DNA of 64,000 nucleotides from Felis catus (GCF_018350175.1 NC_058382.1:53012001-53076000); one strand, 5' to 3'; counted from the first letter of the stretch, positions 37,398 through 51,432 are shown. The notes: a model not told the origin generated them from the letters alone. Numbers and translations are program-made.

Positions 37398-37864
37398 AGC
37401 ATCTAACAATACTTAACATTCACTGAATACTGCTTTATATCAGGTACTGTACCCAGCATTTTAAAATTATCAAATAGATCCATTTGACATTGCCGCATTT
37501 GAAGGTTATAAACGGTTGAGTGTCAATAACCTCACGTGGCTAAACTTAGTATTATCTCATTTAGCCTTCTGGGATTAGTATCTGCTCCTACAATGCTCTT
37601 CCTGTTGTATCTGCTGACAGATGAGGAAACAGAGGCACCTGTATTTGTCAGGGAGGTGGAACAGTGGTGGCTTTAAGAATTACAGAGATGAACTGGAGGA
37701 AGCTACCTACCTCCTCTGAGCCTTAATTCCTCCATCTATAAAATCAGACAAAAACTCTTTTGTGATGAGGTTTTGTATGTATAAATACAACAGTCACATC
37801 AAGGATTTGGAGGCTAGAAAAAGCATCTTGCAGGGTGGCTTTAAGTGCGGTGTGTGGTCCCGGG

Positions 37865-38030
37865 AACAGTATGCTCAAGGATCACCCGGTGGCCGGGCTT
37901 GAGGGCGTTTGTTAAGAATGCAGGTTCCCAGTCTCTACTCGGAGCTGAATTGGAATCTCTGGGAGTGGGGCCTGGAAATCTGCATTTATTTGGGGTTCCC
38001 AAGAGTCCTCTGCTTGAAAACATAAGGAAA
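37865..38030. mobile_element. MER5-like hAT-Charlie fragment
   Basis: ttgttaagaatgcaggttccc...gaatctctgggagtggggcctggaaatctgcattt. Confidence 0.65.
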
Positions 38031-38559
38031 CTGTTGCACTAAGTGAATACAAGTCTTTCATCCCTTTGAACCAAACGCGGAGGTCGAATAAGGCCTAGGT
38101 TGAGAGGTCCAGGTGCCCGTATCCCGCCAGTTCCGAGAGAGCCGCGAGAAGTTCAGGGACCAGGCGACAGCCCTCTTGCCGGCGACTGGCAGGCTCGATG
38201 GGCGTCTTCTGAGAGGAAAGTGAGCCTGTGGCCCTGAACCTTCTGAAACTGCGTGCTCATGATTTTTCCATTACTCGAATGGAAATAAATGCCACGCTTA
38301 AACATTGCGTGTTTAAAACCCAGTGCCACGTGCCTGCTCGAAACTGAATTTTGTGCCTTGTGGGTAGAGGGAAGAAAAGAAACGACACGAAATCCTTCTC
38401 CGAGATATTTTCCCCTCCGACAAATCCTCCAGCCTGCTTTCCATCCAATCACCCCCTTACCTAAGCACCAGGTTTCTTGTGCTCAGAAAGAAGAGGCCCT
38501 TGACGTGAACACTGAGCTTTGGGGAGTAAGACGCCCGCTTGAAGCACCCTTTTCCTGTG

Positions 38560-38980
38560 TCTGAAAGCACAAGGGTGTTTGTAGCTTCGCTGAGCGGCGG
38601 GCTCGGGGTTTCGTGGGGACCGGGGACCGGCGGTTTCAGAAAGCCAACCGCGCTGGCTCTCGGGGGGTGTGATTTGCGCAGTCAGGAAGCCTGGGGAGCT
38701 GCCCAAACAGGAACCCACCCCGGCCTCGGCTCCCGGCCTCCCTGCCTGCCCTCCCGCCCGCCCCCGGGGATCTGCCTCCTGGCCGAGCCCCGGGATCTGG
38801 GGGTGAAGCCGCGGCCCCCTGAAGTGCCTGTTAAATGTCCACGGATCGTGTGCCGGGGACCGGGAGGCAGGTGGGTGGCACAAAGCCCGCAGCAGGAGGG
38901 ACGCGGGATTCGCCGTCCAGCACCACCTCCCAAAGAGACCAGCGCTTCCTGCTTTCCAAGGAACGCGGTGGACCCTCCGA
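38560..38980. promoter_or_regulatory. Small CpG-island-like segment
   Basis: Roughly 30 or more CpGs in ~400 bp by eye, high GC, not in a recognised repeat. Confidence 0.45.
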
Positions 38981-40064
38981 CCGTATGTTACCCTTTGGTT
39001 CTCGCCTCTGACTTCCCGAGACGCAGTCCCGTCATTAACGTCGCTTGCACAGACACCGGCAGCATAGCGGGTTAGGTGACTTCTCCCCGGTCACACACAG
39101 AGAACGGCAGGGTATCGATTCACCTGACCCTGTCATCTGACTACACACACACACACAGGATGCTAGTCACCCGTCCATTTTTTTCTGGCTGTGTCACTGC
39201 GGCCTCCCCGGGCCTTCCTGTTCTCTTCTGGGAAGTGGGATGATGGTAACACCAAACTGGGGGCAGGAGGAAACGGGTGTGTCGTTCAAAGCGCTCTCCT
39301 CTGGTAAGGGGCGTGTGCCTTAGCGGCTCCCGTTCCATTCTGCTCAGGGTCTCTCCCAAGAACACATTCCCTGAGGGTCTGCTTTCTGAGCAGCTGAGGG
39401 GGCATGGGGTCTGGCTCAGCTTGGGGACGGAGCAGAGGTGCCCTTTGAGGGCGGATCCCTGGGTCGCAGGTGAAGGGCCCAGAGAGAGGAACACTCCGGG
39501 ATTGACCTCTACTGGTGTCGCCGCTGGGTCGCAAGCAACTGGAGGGTAAGGACCGCATCCAGATCCTCTACCAACCAGGAGGAATGTACAGCTGCCTTCA
39601 AGGAGGGAAAGAATTACATTCATGAACATCCAGAAAGGGTTAAGCTCCCTGCAGGTGTTGCTAAAGGGGTGGACAGGAGAAGGCACTCCGTAGACAGGAC
39701 TTTTGTGATGAACCTACTTTTTGTAAAAACTAGAAGAATAAAGGTCCGGGGCAGGCTGACCCCAGTATTGGTGGTGGGGCGGGCAGGGGATCTGGCCGAA
39801 CGTAAGGCTGGAATCTTAAATTTCTAAAAGTTACAAACCAAACTAATACACTTATACCAAAAAAAAAAAAAAAAATCTCTGTTCTCCTCCCTTGGCAAAT
39901 ATATGTGGATAACAATCCGGAGGACCGGGTTTTAGCTGAAAGGTTTTAGAACCCCTGGAGTTCTGCACCAAACCCCGGAGAACGGGGAACCCTGTTTGGG
40001 CCGGTGACCCTTCTTTTCCCACATGAGACTCCTTGTCCTGCCACAACGGGCCTCCTGTGGATGC

Positions 40065-40500
40065 ATCGTAATGGCTTCCTGGGATTGCCTTCACCAAGTA
40101 CTACAAACCGGGTGTTTAAAGCAACGGGAATCAATTCCCTCACATCTCTGGAGGCCAGGAGTTGGAAGACAAGGTGTAAGCCTGGCCATAAGCCCTCTGA
40201 AGGCTCTGAGTGAGGGGCGGGGATCCTTCCTTGCCTCTTCCAGCTTCTGGAGGTGGCTGGCCATCCTGAGTGTTGCTTGGCTTGTGGCCACATCTCCCTC
40301 CAATCCCTGCCTCTGTCCTCACATGTCCTTGTCCCCCGTGCATCTCTGTCTCTCTTTGTGTAGGGACGCTAGTCATGGATTTCGGCTCCACCTGAGTCTA
40401 GCAGGACCTAATTTCAACTTAACAACATGTGCAAAGACTCTATTTCCAGATAATGTCAGGTGCTTTGTTTCCAAGTGAGCGTGAATGTGGGGAGACACTA
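40065..40500 (-). mobile_element. MLT1B-like solo LTR
   Basis: ctggaggccaggagttggaagacaaggtg...ccttccttgcctcttccagcttctgg...tgcaaagactctatttccagataa. Confidence 0.88.
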
Positions 40501-40720
40501 TGCAGCCAGGTGCACCTTTCCGTACTCCTGCGTGCACATCCAGCTACGTCCATGACCTCTCCTGACGGCCACCCCCCAACCCAGGGGTGCACCCACTGCT
40601 CTTTGTGGAGCCTCACCTGGGGAAGAGGCCACACAAGACCCCGAGGCAGGCCAGGGGGAAGGCCAGGTTCCCGGCTCCCCAAAGTATGGTCTAGAAGGGG
40701 TGAATGGGTGAGCATGTCTC

Positions 40721-40837
40721 AGGGCCCCATGAAGGGCCCCATGAAGGGCCCCATGAAGGGCTAGGGGCAGGTGCTCCGAGATGCATTGGCACAGAGCCCC
40801 ATGAAGGGCTAGGGGCAGGTGCTCTGAGCTGCATTGG
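40721..40837. repeat. Two-level tandem repeat (12-bp x3 plus 48-bp x2)
   Basis: agggccccatga x3 at 40721-40756; a 42-bp block repeated at 40748 and 40796. Confidence 0.95.
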
Positions 40838-41229
40838 TCCCAATGATGGCTGTGAAGCTGGTGGAGGGTTGGCATGATCAAGTCGGGCGGAGGAGATTCA
40901 AGGGTAGTAACAGGTCACAGTACTAACAACGTTCACATAAATGCTCCGGACGCACAGAAACAGAAATAACGAAGGGCAAGTCCTGATCTTACAGACGCCT
41001 TCTGAGCGTGGTAGCAATAGCATGAAGCTTGCGGAGGCAACCCAGGAACACCTCCAAGATTTGTAATGGAGCCGGAAGGAGCAGACGATTACAAGACGAG
41101 GAAGTAATGCAAATAAACACAATGCGGGTAGAAATTAAAAAGAAAGGGGGAGTTCTTAATTCTCTTGAACTAAATGGTCCTTGAGGGAATACATAAGTTT
41201 AATGGGGAAGATAAGGAGCCCGATGATTC

Positions 41230-41600
41230 TTGAGGGGGTTTTGAAAGGGTGGGTGCCGTTATGCTGCAGATGCGACGCTCAGATTCCGGTGGCGGGGTTG
41301 GTGCACAAGACCCACAACTGCACTGAGCGTGCAGCCACGCCTTGTACGGAGATTTGCCCTTGGCCATCAGGAGCCTCCGTCTAAAAATGCCTGGAGGTTA
41401 CGCCCTGCCCTTGAGGGCAGCAGCAGTCATTGGCTGACTGATCTGGGGGGACAACTCCAGAGCCCCCCATAGGATGAGGCTGAGACCACCCTGCAGGTGA
41501 AGCCACATCTCTGTCTGGGATCCTCCCTTATCCTGCTTGCCTCCCCCACTCTGGAGAATCACCTTCGCCTGCTTTACTTCTAGGGAACCGGGCCTGACAC
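41230..41600 (+). mobile_element. LTR16-like (ERVL) solo LTR
   Basis: gggacaactc...ggatgaggctgag...ccacatctctg...cctgcttgcctcccccact...ttctagggaacc terminus. 5' boundary uncertain. Confidence 0.55.
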
Positions 41601-43547
41601 AGCGTGGGGCAGGTTCAAAGAGTCTGAGGCTGATCCTTCATTGGTTATCAATTTCCTCTGGAACATCTGATTTCTCTTGTCCTTGATCCATTGTCGCGAC
41701 AGTCTAACTCTTACCACCCCTGGCCACGATGAGCTCAGTAGGTCTCCCAAATCAGCATGAGGGGCAAGGAGCAAAGAGAAAGAAGTAAGAGAATTGGGAA
41801 GGGAGAGGAAATAAGACGGAAGAGTAAAGAGCAGAGCGCCAGAGGGAGAAGGAAAAAAAAAAAAAAAAAAAAGGAAGAGAAGAGAAAAGAAATGAATGAT
41901 TATCCAGAAGTAACCAGAGGAACAATCAGGAGCTGGGAGGTTGGACAGGATGTGCGCACATTTAATAAATACTTGAGCCCTGACAGGGAAAAGAGGCGGG
42001 GGGCCGTGGGGGCTCCCGAGCGAAGGATATGGGGTAATGGTGCCACTAATCCCAAAGAGGGATGCTGAGGAATCCAGGGAAGCGGAAGGGAAGTTTTGAA
42101 GAGGGTTAGAAAATAAAATCTATGGTTTAATAAAAGAGGTCAGAGGTTATAACAAATAAAAGAGAGAGCCATGGGGCACGTAATACTAAAGACGACACTC
42201 GCTTTGCACAGTTGATTATATTCTCGAAAACAGTTTTGTAAATCAGTGCTTCGGGCACATGATCCTATCTTAAGCCCATTGAGAGACAGAGTTCTTTGCG
42301 GACATTTTCTAAGGGAAATCCATTACAATCCTTCACACCTAAGGCACACTGCTCTCATCTGTGGTTTTACTTACAGAATCCTGCATTTCTGTGGAGAGCA
42401 AGGACACTACTCTGTAGTCTTGCACCAGGGTGCTTTGATAGGGAACACGGCTACAGGGGCCCCGTGGTAAAAAGGCTAATGAAGAAAATGGCAGACGGTC
42501 ATCTCTTGGAATCATGACATGAAGATATGGTCACCGTAAAGGGCGACAAACTCTGCTCCTGAACTCTGGAAATGGCATTTGGAGAGGCAAACACACTGCC
42601 ATTTGGGAAGCAGAAAGTCTGTGCCCAAACCCAGCACACTGGTGGGTTTCTCAGTGGGGAGGAGATTCGGGGGGGATCTCATGAGCAGCCATGGCCTGGG
42701 CCTTGGGGAGTCACTCCACTTCTCTGGGAGAGGGGGTTCTAAGACTGATAGGAGCTTGGGGAGTTAATTCTCTTCTAGCTTTGAGATTACAGCAACAGCA
42801 GAACTGGGGGAACCACAGATGTGGCATCAGATTCTTGGGCAGCAGTACCCTCTGCAAAATCAAAAAAAAAAACAACAACGGAAACGCCAAAGATCCTGAG
42901 CTGCTTGAGCTAAGAAAAGTCTTGCGACCTGGAAGTCGGAGGAAGCAAGTGTTTGTAATTGACTCGAGAGTCATGAGTTCTCCAAAGGCTGGGGGAACAG
43001 GGTGAAATCATTCCCTCCAGCCTTCGATATTAGTGCTCATGTGCACGTTCTCAAATTACTCAATATCAGTTTGTCATATAATCTTTTCCATTCAAAATTT
43101 AAGTAGATCTCTTTACTTTCTCTTTAGTTCCATAAATAGCATTGGCAGATGGTTTTCTCTGGGAGTTTATTGTACCCCTGAGACCATGTTTTATCCCCTG
43201 ATGAGAATGACTGTAGGTACAAAACCACAAAGTTGATCTCAGGGTAGATGCTGGGCTGTCAGCTATGCTCACTCATTGATTCAAAGATTTCTTCTGCTCA
43301 TTACTTTCAAGGAAGATGCCATTTAAATCCATTCAAATCCACACAGCAGCGAAAATGACAAGTGGTGAAATCGTAAAGCTTTGGGGTTACTCACAAATTG
43401 TCAAAACCATGAATTTTAAGCCTGAACATGCCAAGGGTCTATTGTACCAGATCCTGAGTTCCTCGGGGGCAGGGATTAGGGAATGTTTCTGATTCATGTC
43501 TGTATTTCTGGTAATTAGCATAGTGATAGGCATTGTGAATGAGTAAA

Positions 43548-43672
43548 TGGATGGATAGATGGATAGATGGATGGATAGATGGATGGATGAATGGATAGAT
43601 GGATGGATGGATGAATGGATGAATGATGGATGGGTGGATGGATTGTAGGTGGATAAGGATGGGTGGATGGAT
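43548..43672. repeat. (GGAT/AGAT)n microsatellite
   Basis: Directly visible; probably an expanded L2 tail. Confidence 0.95.
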
Positions 43673-46600
43673 AGGGTGTGTGTAAGATAACGACTAGTAA
43701 TTCTTTTCAACTCAGTGATGAGCAGAGGAAACTACTCTTCTGAGGAAAACACATCATATTACATCAGACATAAGAAACTTCCTCACAATTCACAGTAAGA
43801 CTATTTCAAAGATGCTAGCTTGGCCAAAAGTTTGTAGTATTTTAGTTTCAAGCTCCTTATTCTGGAGTACTGTGAGCAGACACTTTTGCATTCTAAAAGG
43901 ACCCTAATAGCTTAGCTTATAGCCCCAAAACTTTATGTACATCTCCTTTAGTTCATTAACATGTTTTTTTCCAATTACTAAGAGAAAGAGGAACACAAAG
44001 TTCTTTAGAATGTTTTAAAACATGCTTTGAGAAAATATTTTGCAAGTCTTTGAAGCTAGGTCACAAAAACCTTAGGTAGTTTCTTAAAATTGTCCAAATA
44101 TGGTAGTGTGCTATAACCAATTGCCCAGCAATCATTATTGACTCAGGGTTGGATGTGACAAAGGAAATAATATTCTGAAAACGAAAGTGTCTGAGAACCA
44201 AGCACAGGCCACACCAAAGCTCCAGACACCCTGCCCTGGGCACTTACACGGCCCTTTCAGACCTTGGGCAAAGAGAGCTGAGTTTTCATCATGCTGTTTG
44301 ACACTATCCTCAAACAGAAGTGCCAGCCTCTTGTACAGGGGGCTAGCTGGAGGAGCTCACCCAGAGTGCCGACCTTCCACTTAAATGAAATGGTATTTTC
44401 TTTTTAAAAAACAAAGGCAAGTGGTGGGGGAGGGGGCCCTTGTAGACCATGTGACTAACGCACCCTGTGATTCACCTACAAGGTGTTTTAAGGTGGTGAA
44501 TCTCCCAGTGTTTGTGGCAAACAATGGCTAGGAATTACTGACATCAAATGGTAATTGAGCGGAGCATCACTGACCCTTCAGCCATCTCCGAGCCTATCAG
44601 CAGAAGGGGAACCAGCAAGAGCAAACCACCACCAGCTGACCCACGCGGAGCTCCCTTCGAGATACAACAGCTGGGTACGAAAACGGTTTCAGGCTCCCTT
44701 CTTTCCTCCACGTGCATTTTTGGAGCAGGAAGAAGGCAAATGAGTGTACCACTTTCCCACACGTACGGATCCAAAGGGATGCCAAATTCACTCAGCAGAG
44801 TCACCCCTTAGAGGGGCCCGTAGGGTAATGACAAAATTACCTCAGTGGCAACCCCATGCTGAGCCAAAATAAAGGCGTCAAGAGATTTGCCAGAAACCTT
44901 TCAATCGGGCTCATGACTGCACTCTAAAATAAAAGGGCACCATGAAAAAAAATAAATAAATCAGGGAGCGTTTCTAGCTGTGCAGGTGTAAGCCAGGGCT
45001 CCACCCACAGTTTGACAATGACCATAATAAACACTAGAGTATAGTAATCAACAAGAATCATAATGAGTGCATCCTAGACGGAGGTGGATCTTAAAGAAAG
45101 CTTGGGAAGTTGCACGAGCCGTGCAAGGCTAATGTCAGGGCACAGTGTCAACGTTCCGCTTCCACTTCTACTTTTTCAGGCACGGGCATCTTGCTTCGGG
45201 GGCGATCTTGGCACCACAAGGGCTCAGCACACTTCCCACGTGTGCCCTCTCTTCTCTGCCCGTCTCTCACCTCTCACCTGGACTCGTTAAAATACCCACC
45301 TCCCGGTCCAGCCGGACTGAAAATCAGCTCTTCGCGGCCAACAGCCCGAGCCTGGATTTCCACCGAGGCGCATGGCTCTCCGTACAGATTGCAGATTTAC
45401 ACGGTAAAAATAGAAACGCACAGCATCACATGTATATGCAAATTTGCCAACCAAATTCAGGGCTGAAAATAGTTATTTACTATTTGGCTTGCATATTGGC
45501 CCAGAAAACCCTCTATACCTATTTCATGCTCATTGAAATTCTTTAAGAGTTCCTGACCCATTTAAATTCCTTGAGGGAGGCCTGGCTTCACATGGACATT
45601 TGTCTGCTCCTCTCCCTGGCTACTTTTAAAGAAATACTGCCCGTCTTTGCAGACCGGCCTGTAGAGAAATAGACTGGCCACCACTTTCTTGAGGTTTGTT
45701 CTGGGCACTGCTCAGTCACTAGTGGCCTCAGACCTAGAATCACAGCTTTCTTCCGGAGAGCTCTCTTAGGTGCAGGGAAAGAGGGTCCTTAGGACATACA
45801 TCTAGAAAATTTGGAGGGCAGTTTTTTTTTTCCCTGCAAGTGTGATCCTTGGACACCCACATCAGAGTCAGGTGGGGGAAGGGGTCAGGGAAAATGCAAG
45901 CTCCTGGCTCCTCCCCAGAATCACTAAATTCAAATTGCTGGCAGTGGGATTGGGAAAGACTGCTTTCCCAGCACTCAGCGGGGTGATAGGGATGACCTAT
46001 CCCCCAAGGGTTGGGGATCCATTACTGAGAAGCCACCCAGAAATGCTGATGGGGGGCTGCTAGGGGGCTGCAGTGCCGAAGTCCAGGCAAGGCTGGAGTA
46101 CACGACACGACGGTCACCAAGCGACGGTACCGACATCCTGCAGGAAGGTGGCTCAAGAACGGAAGTCAGCTTCCAGAAGCCACCAGCGAAATCCATCTCG
46201 GTACTCTTTCAGGAGCAGTTCTGATGCTCACAGAATTAGCCCCTGTCCCTAACAGCAGTGCGGCAAATTGCGTCCCCTACAAAGTTGGCTGAGCCACAGG
46301 GGCGCCTTCCTAGGGATGATGTGCCTTCCTTGTACCCAGGGATGATGACTTGGGAGAGCTAGGGGGCTCAATGCCCGGCATTGTGTATTCAAACCCTGTC
46401 TCTACTGCCTCCTAGCTACTTCGGTCTATCAACTCGACAGAGGAAATAATAATAAATAATAAGGTTATTGGGAGGATCCAACAAGATCAATGGTGAAAAG
46501 CACCTGCGGGCAATACCGGCCACACACCAAACCCTTAGCTCTTATTTCAATGCATTCATGCCCCCTCAGATTTTACAGCATTCCAACGATCGCCCAACAA

Positions 46601-48074
46601 GTCCATCTACACGAACAAATCTGATTCAGGGAACAAGGCGTGGGGCAAAGTGAAGCCTCCAGGACTTGTAAAGCCTTCTCTGGAAAGTCCCTTTGACCAT
46701 CCTGTGCTAGAGGAGGAAGACGAGTTCCCTGGGTTTGAAAGGACGCCACCCCATCTGTTGAAATATCCATCCACGCAGACATACCGGTGCCCTGTAGACA
46801 CCTAGAACCTTGCTCGTAGCCGCCCACAGAGCCGTTCCCACACATCGTTCCTACGTGAGACAACCCATGCCCTCAGGAATGCCCACATGCGCTTTCTGGT
46901 CCCGCATGGTGGTTTCCACGTCTTCCGCACAACCCGCACCACACCCTTCTACACCTCTGTTTAGACACAACCGTACCGATTCACACACATACATGGACCA
47001 TTCCTGGGAGTATGGCACAGATTTGACTCTCTGGCAAAAAACCAAAAACAAAACAAAAAACTAGAGAAACACACGAAAAAACGAAGCCAGAAGTGAGCAT
47101 TCCCTCTGCATTATGTCAGCAGGCGACTGAACAGGCAGCACAAGGAACATTCCAGAAATGGCTTTGTCACCCTCCATGTACTCTGCCTTCCGTTGTTTTT
47201 TTTTTTTTTTCCTTCGGCAACAACAGAAATCTGTGAAATGACTGAGGGTGGTTAATTAAGCATTGCAGCCCATATTCCACTGCAGTTTCAATTGGATATG
47301 GTGTTCTCTTTCACTTCCTGTTATGCAGGATTGCGGCGGGCTGTTAGACACCTGCCAGGCTCCCAGCCAGCTGCTGTTCCGCGGCATGCGCAGGGAGGAA
47401 GCACTCGGGCCCTTGGCCTTGAGAGGGTCTCACTCTGCAAACCAGCCCCTTCCTGGCGAGGTGGCGGGGGGGCGGGGAAAGCGGACACAGCCAAGGCGAG
47501 TACACGCTGGAGGCTTAAGGACCAACAGCTGGCAGTGAAGACCTTGGCCTATCGTGTGGGTGGGTGGGGAGGGGAACCGACTGTTTGCCCCCAAACCCCC
47601 AAGTCCCAGTGAACGATCTGCCACGACTCATCCGTGATGAAGGCGGAAGCATCTACGTGGGCCAGAATCCGACGTGATTCTCTGGTTAGCCTGGTTCCCT
47701 AATGCCAAGAACAGCACTGGGTGCCGAAGCATCCATTCACTCATTCGTTCATTCCATAGATAGGTAAGCCTCCAACAGGTAAGCCTCTCTGTGCAAGACG
47801 GTGGCCGAAACAGGAAGATACGACACACTTTTTTGTGGTAATAACAGTAACTCTCCTGATAATAGCACTAACTGATTGAGCGCCCATTACGTGACCAATG
47901 ACTTATCAATGAGGTCCAGTCCCTTTATTCGAGAAAATCACTCCCAGTTTAAGAGGGAGATTTTACACCATTTATAATTATTCAGTTTCTAGAGAAAAGC
48001 AGAGAGGGGGGCAGCCAAGGTGGGGGGGCGGGGAGAAGCGAGCAAAGCCTCACTTCTCCTCGAGGGGGTATGGA

Positions 48075-48546
48075 CTGGGGTGGGTTAGAGATGGCCACAA
48101 ATTCTCCGCACATCTACCATTGAGGGGTGGGGTCTGTGTCCCCTCCCCTTGTATCTGGGCTGATCTGCGTTGACTGACAGCTCACGGAACAAGTGGCACC
48201 GTGCCAGTCCTGGCCTTCGGAGGGACACTTTCTACTGCTTTTCTCTTGGAGACCTGAGCTTCCATGTCTGCACCCCGAAGCCGCCACACTGTGACAAAGC
48301 CCGGGCTGGCCCCCTGGAAAGGCCATGCGCAGAGTGCCTCAGCCCCCAGCTCTGGGGTCCCCTGGCCCTTGGGGTCATCCCAGTTTGGCCCCATTGTCAT
48401 TGCCCCAGGGTACAGCGAGCCCTCCCTGATGCACCCTGTGTGGACTCCTGACCCCTCAAATTTTGAGAAATAAAAAAGTGGTTTTGAATCATTAAGCCAC
48501 TTTGGGACAGGGGCCATTTGCTGCGCGGAAACAGAGAATCAGAGCA
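48075..48546 (+). mobile_element. MLT1 (G/H-like) solo LTR
   Basis: gatggccacaaattct...gtggggtctgtgtcccctccccttgtatctgggct...gactcctgaccc...ttaagccact. Confidence 0.75.
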
Positions 48547-50074
48547 ATGAGTGAACCGCGGAAGCTTCCAGGTGAGTGAATTAGGTACAGGTGAAGGAAG
48601 GGCATCCCAGGTGGAAGAGAATAAACAAAATGGAGAGGGAGAAAGAAGCAGGACACTCGGGTCCATCAGCGTTTCTGTCTTTCTGACGTGTCAGGCAAGG
48701 AGAGGCCACACAAGGACTCATGCCCCAGGCTGAAGAGGCTTTGTTCTACTCCCAAGCAGGAAGTGACAGGGTCTCCCCAGCAGCAGGGTGGTGGAGCTGG
48801 GAAGGCCAGTAAGGAGGCGGTCTGAGGTGGTGTGGTCTGAGAGAGCATAGCAGTAGGGTCAAGAAAGGGGAAGAGATCCGGGAAATGTCTACAAGGTTAA
48901 ATCGGCAGGGCTCAAAGGACGGCCAGACAAGGTGTTAGGAAGAGGGATGGGACAGTGGGAATGACATCCAGGTGTCCAGTGTGGAGACAACCTACTGTGA
49001 GAAAAGGCAGAGCCCAGAGTAAACGGTTATACCAAAGCCTCTCTAGACAATTCCAGGACCTCTGTGTGAGGCAAGAGGACAGACCGTGTGTGATGGCCGT
49101 GACCATCACGTGCCCATCAGAGGAGTTGGAACATGGTGGACCCAGGGTTTGCCTAACGGCTTTGCAAAGGAGCCTAATGGGGCACGTGGTACTCATGTCA
49201 AGGATGTGCAAACTGAGGCTTAGAGAAGTCAGGTCATTCTTCTGAGACATCAAAACCTGCAAAAACTAGAGCTCGGGTTGGATTCCAAGTGTCCAGAGTC
49301 CACAGCTTTCTCCCTTAAGCAGGCTGCCCCATCGTGGATGAAGGAGAGGCCAGATAACTTGCTTCTAGGTCTTCTTAAAATCCCAAGGCTGGGACCCCGG
49401 GGAGGGAAGCCACTTCCAATCAGATAGAAGAGCTGTCTCCCGGGTGGCTTAGAACAGAGGGCAGGGTATGTGGACAAGACCTGACTCTTATCTGGTAAGA
49501 GACACGGGCAGCAACATTTACATGTTAATTTCCCTTAAGTCATTAGGGCTCCATTGCACGATTATCTTTCCCCAGGACTAGTTACGTGGGTCATTGAATC
49601 GGTGTGCAAGATGGAGAAACCTTTTCTTTCTGAATATCCTTTGGGTTAAAGAAGGTGATGCCAGTGTCATCGTGTTAGGGGGAGGTTAGCCAGGAAGAGC
49701 TGAGTTTGAATCCAGGCATAGCCGACACGAGAGCTTGAACCCTCTTTTCTCTGTGCTATCTCTGTGCCATTTATTCTAGAGTCAAAACCAGAGATGTCTG
49801 GTGCAGGGTTTGGGTTGGAGAGTTAGCCCAATGGGGCATATTGTCTTGTCGCATCATGCATTAAATAGATGTGCTTTCGGGCACCACGTGAGATTTCTGT
49901 TCCCTATGACAGCTTCCAAAGGTGCCTTGTTCCTTCTTGTGGAATCAAGAATACTGTCCAGCTTCTGGAGCTAACTCATCATTTCTCAAATTATTGACCT
50001 TCCATCGCCTGCGTTAGAATCGCCAGGCTGGCCCTCCACGAGAGGGCAGCCTCTGTTAAAAATACAGATTCCCA

Positions 50075-50269
50075 GGGGCGCCTGGGTGGCTCAGTTAAGC
50101 GTCTGACTTTGGCTCAGGTCATGATCTCACCGTTTGTGGGTTCTAGCCCCGCATAGGGCTTGTGTGAGGAGCTTGGAGCCCACTTCAGAGTCTGTGTCTC
50201 CCTCTCTCTGTCTGTCCCTCCCCCACTTGCGCTCTCGTTCGCTTGCTCGCTCTGTCTCTCTGGAAAAAA
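50075..50269 (+). mobile_element. Can-SINE inserted in a MER5-like relic
   Basis: 17-bp TSD aaaaatacagattccca at 50058-50074 and 50270-50286. Confidence 0.95.
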
Positions 50270-51432
50270 AAAAATACAGATTCCCAATTCCTGCCCCATA
50301 ATGGACAGAAACAAGAGTCTACGGGCAGGGCCTGGGAATGTGCATTGCACATGTTTTCTCCAAGATGCTGAAGCACAGTGACAATCGAGGATCATGGGGA
50401 AGAAACACTAATCGCCCGCTATAAATACTGGAGTCTAGACAACTCTATCCAGACACTGACTTTTCCGTATCTTCCGTGGGACCCGCCACAGTTCACAGAA
50501 GCATCAGCACATGGGAAATGGGGCAGTCATCTGCTTGTTACTCGAAGATGCCTTCCGGGCCTGCCCTTCCCTTGCTCTTCAGGGCAGGAAACTGACCACA
50601 GAGAATGACATTTCCCAGTATCTCTGTTGCCAGATGGGCGATAGATTTGAACGAGGGGACGGGTCCTGGCAGGAGGCTGGGGGCTGAGAGATCCTATGCC
50701 TCCCTCTCAGATGTGACATCACCTCATAGGTCCAGCTGCCATTGGACAGCCGGCTCTCCGTGGTCCGACTCCCCTCTGCCGCATGGCTACTGCCTCTGGT
50801 CCCCAAACAAGGCACGCTCTGGGCGGTAGTGGTTTCTGCATTTGCTAATCTGTGAGCAGCCTCACCTTCCTTAGCTGGCCTAATACTTTGGGAATTAGTG
50901 TCTCATATTACATTTCCGCCTCTGCAACTACCTGAGGGTGAGTTCTGTTTTGCTGACTGTACCCTGATCGACGCAGGGACTAACTCGGCGGAAGTCACAT
51001 CGCGGGAGTGACGAGCTGCTAGCCACCGGCCATTAAGTGCCTCCAGTGGGCCAGGCATGTACTAAAGGCTTTACATCCATTATTTATTCATTCGCAAGTC
51101 TTTGCTGAGCACCCATGAGACGCTAGGCACCGGGCTAGCTTGTGGGGGCAAAAAAAGGTGGTCCCCGCCCTCACGAGGTTTCCCCTCTATGGGGAAGGCC
51201 CGTCGTGCACTGGAATTATATATATGGTCCCTGGGTCATGGCAGGGAAGAGCACCATGCAAGGGAGTGTATGACCTAGGGCTTAGCTCTATTAAGCAGGT
51301 GGCACCGTCCCCCTTTCCAAGAGGAAATTGAGCCTCAGAAAGGAAGAGATGACATCACAAAGATACGTGTGCCCTCTTCCCTTACAAAGGAAGGACTGGG
51401 GTTAGGTTTTGCAGGCAGAAGCTACAAACAGT

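Noticed and set aside
43712..43745. C-box (GTGATGA) and D-box (CTGA) pair
   Set aside because: Only about 25 nt apart, far too short for a C/D snoRNA.
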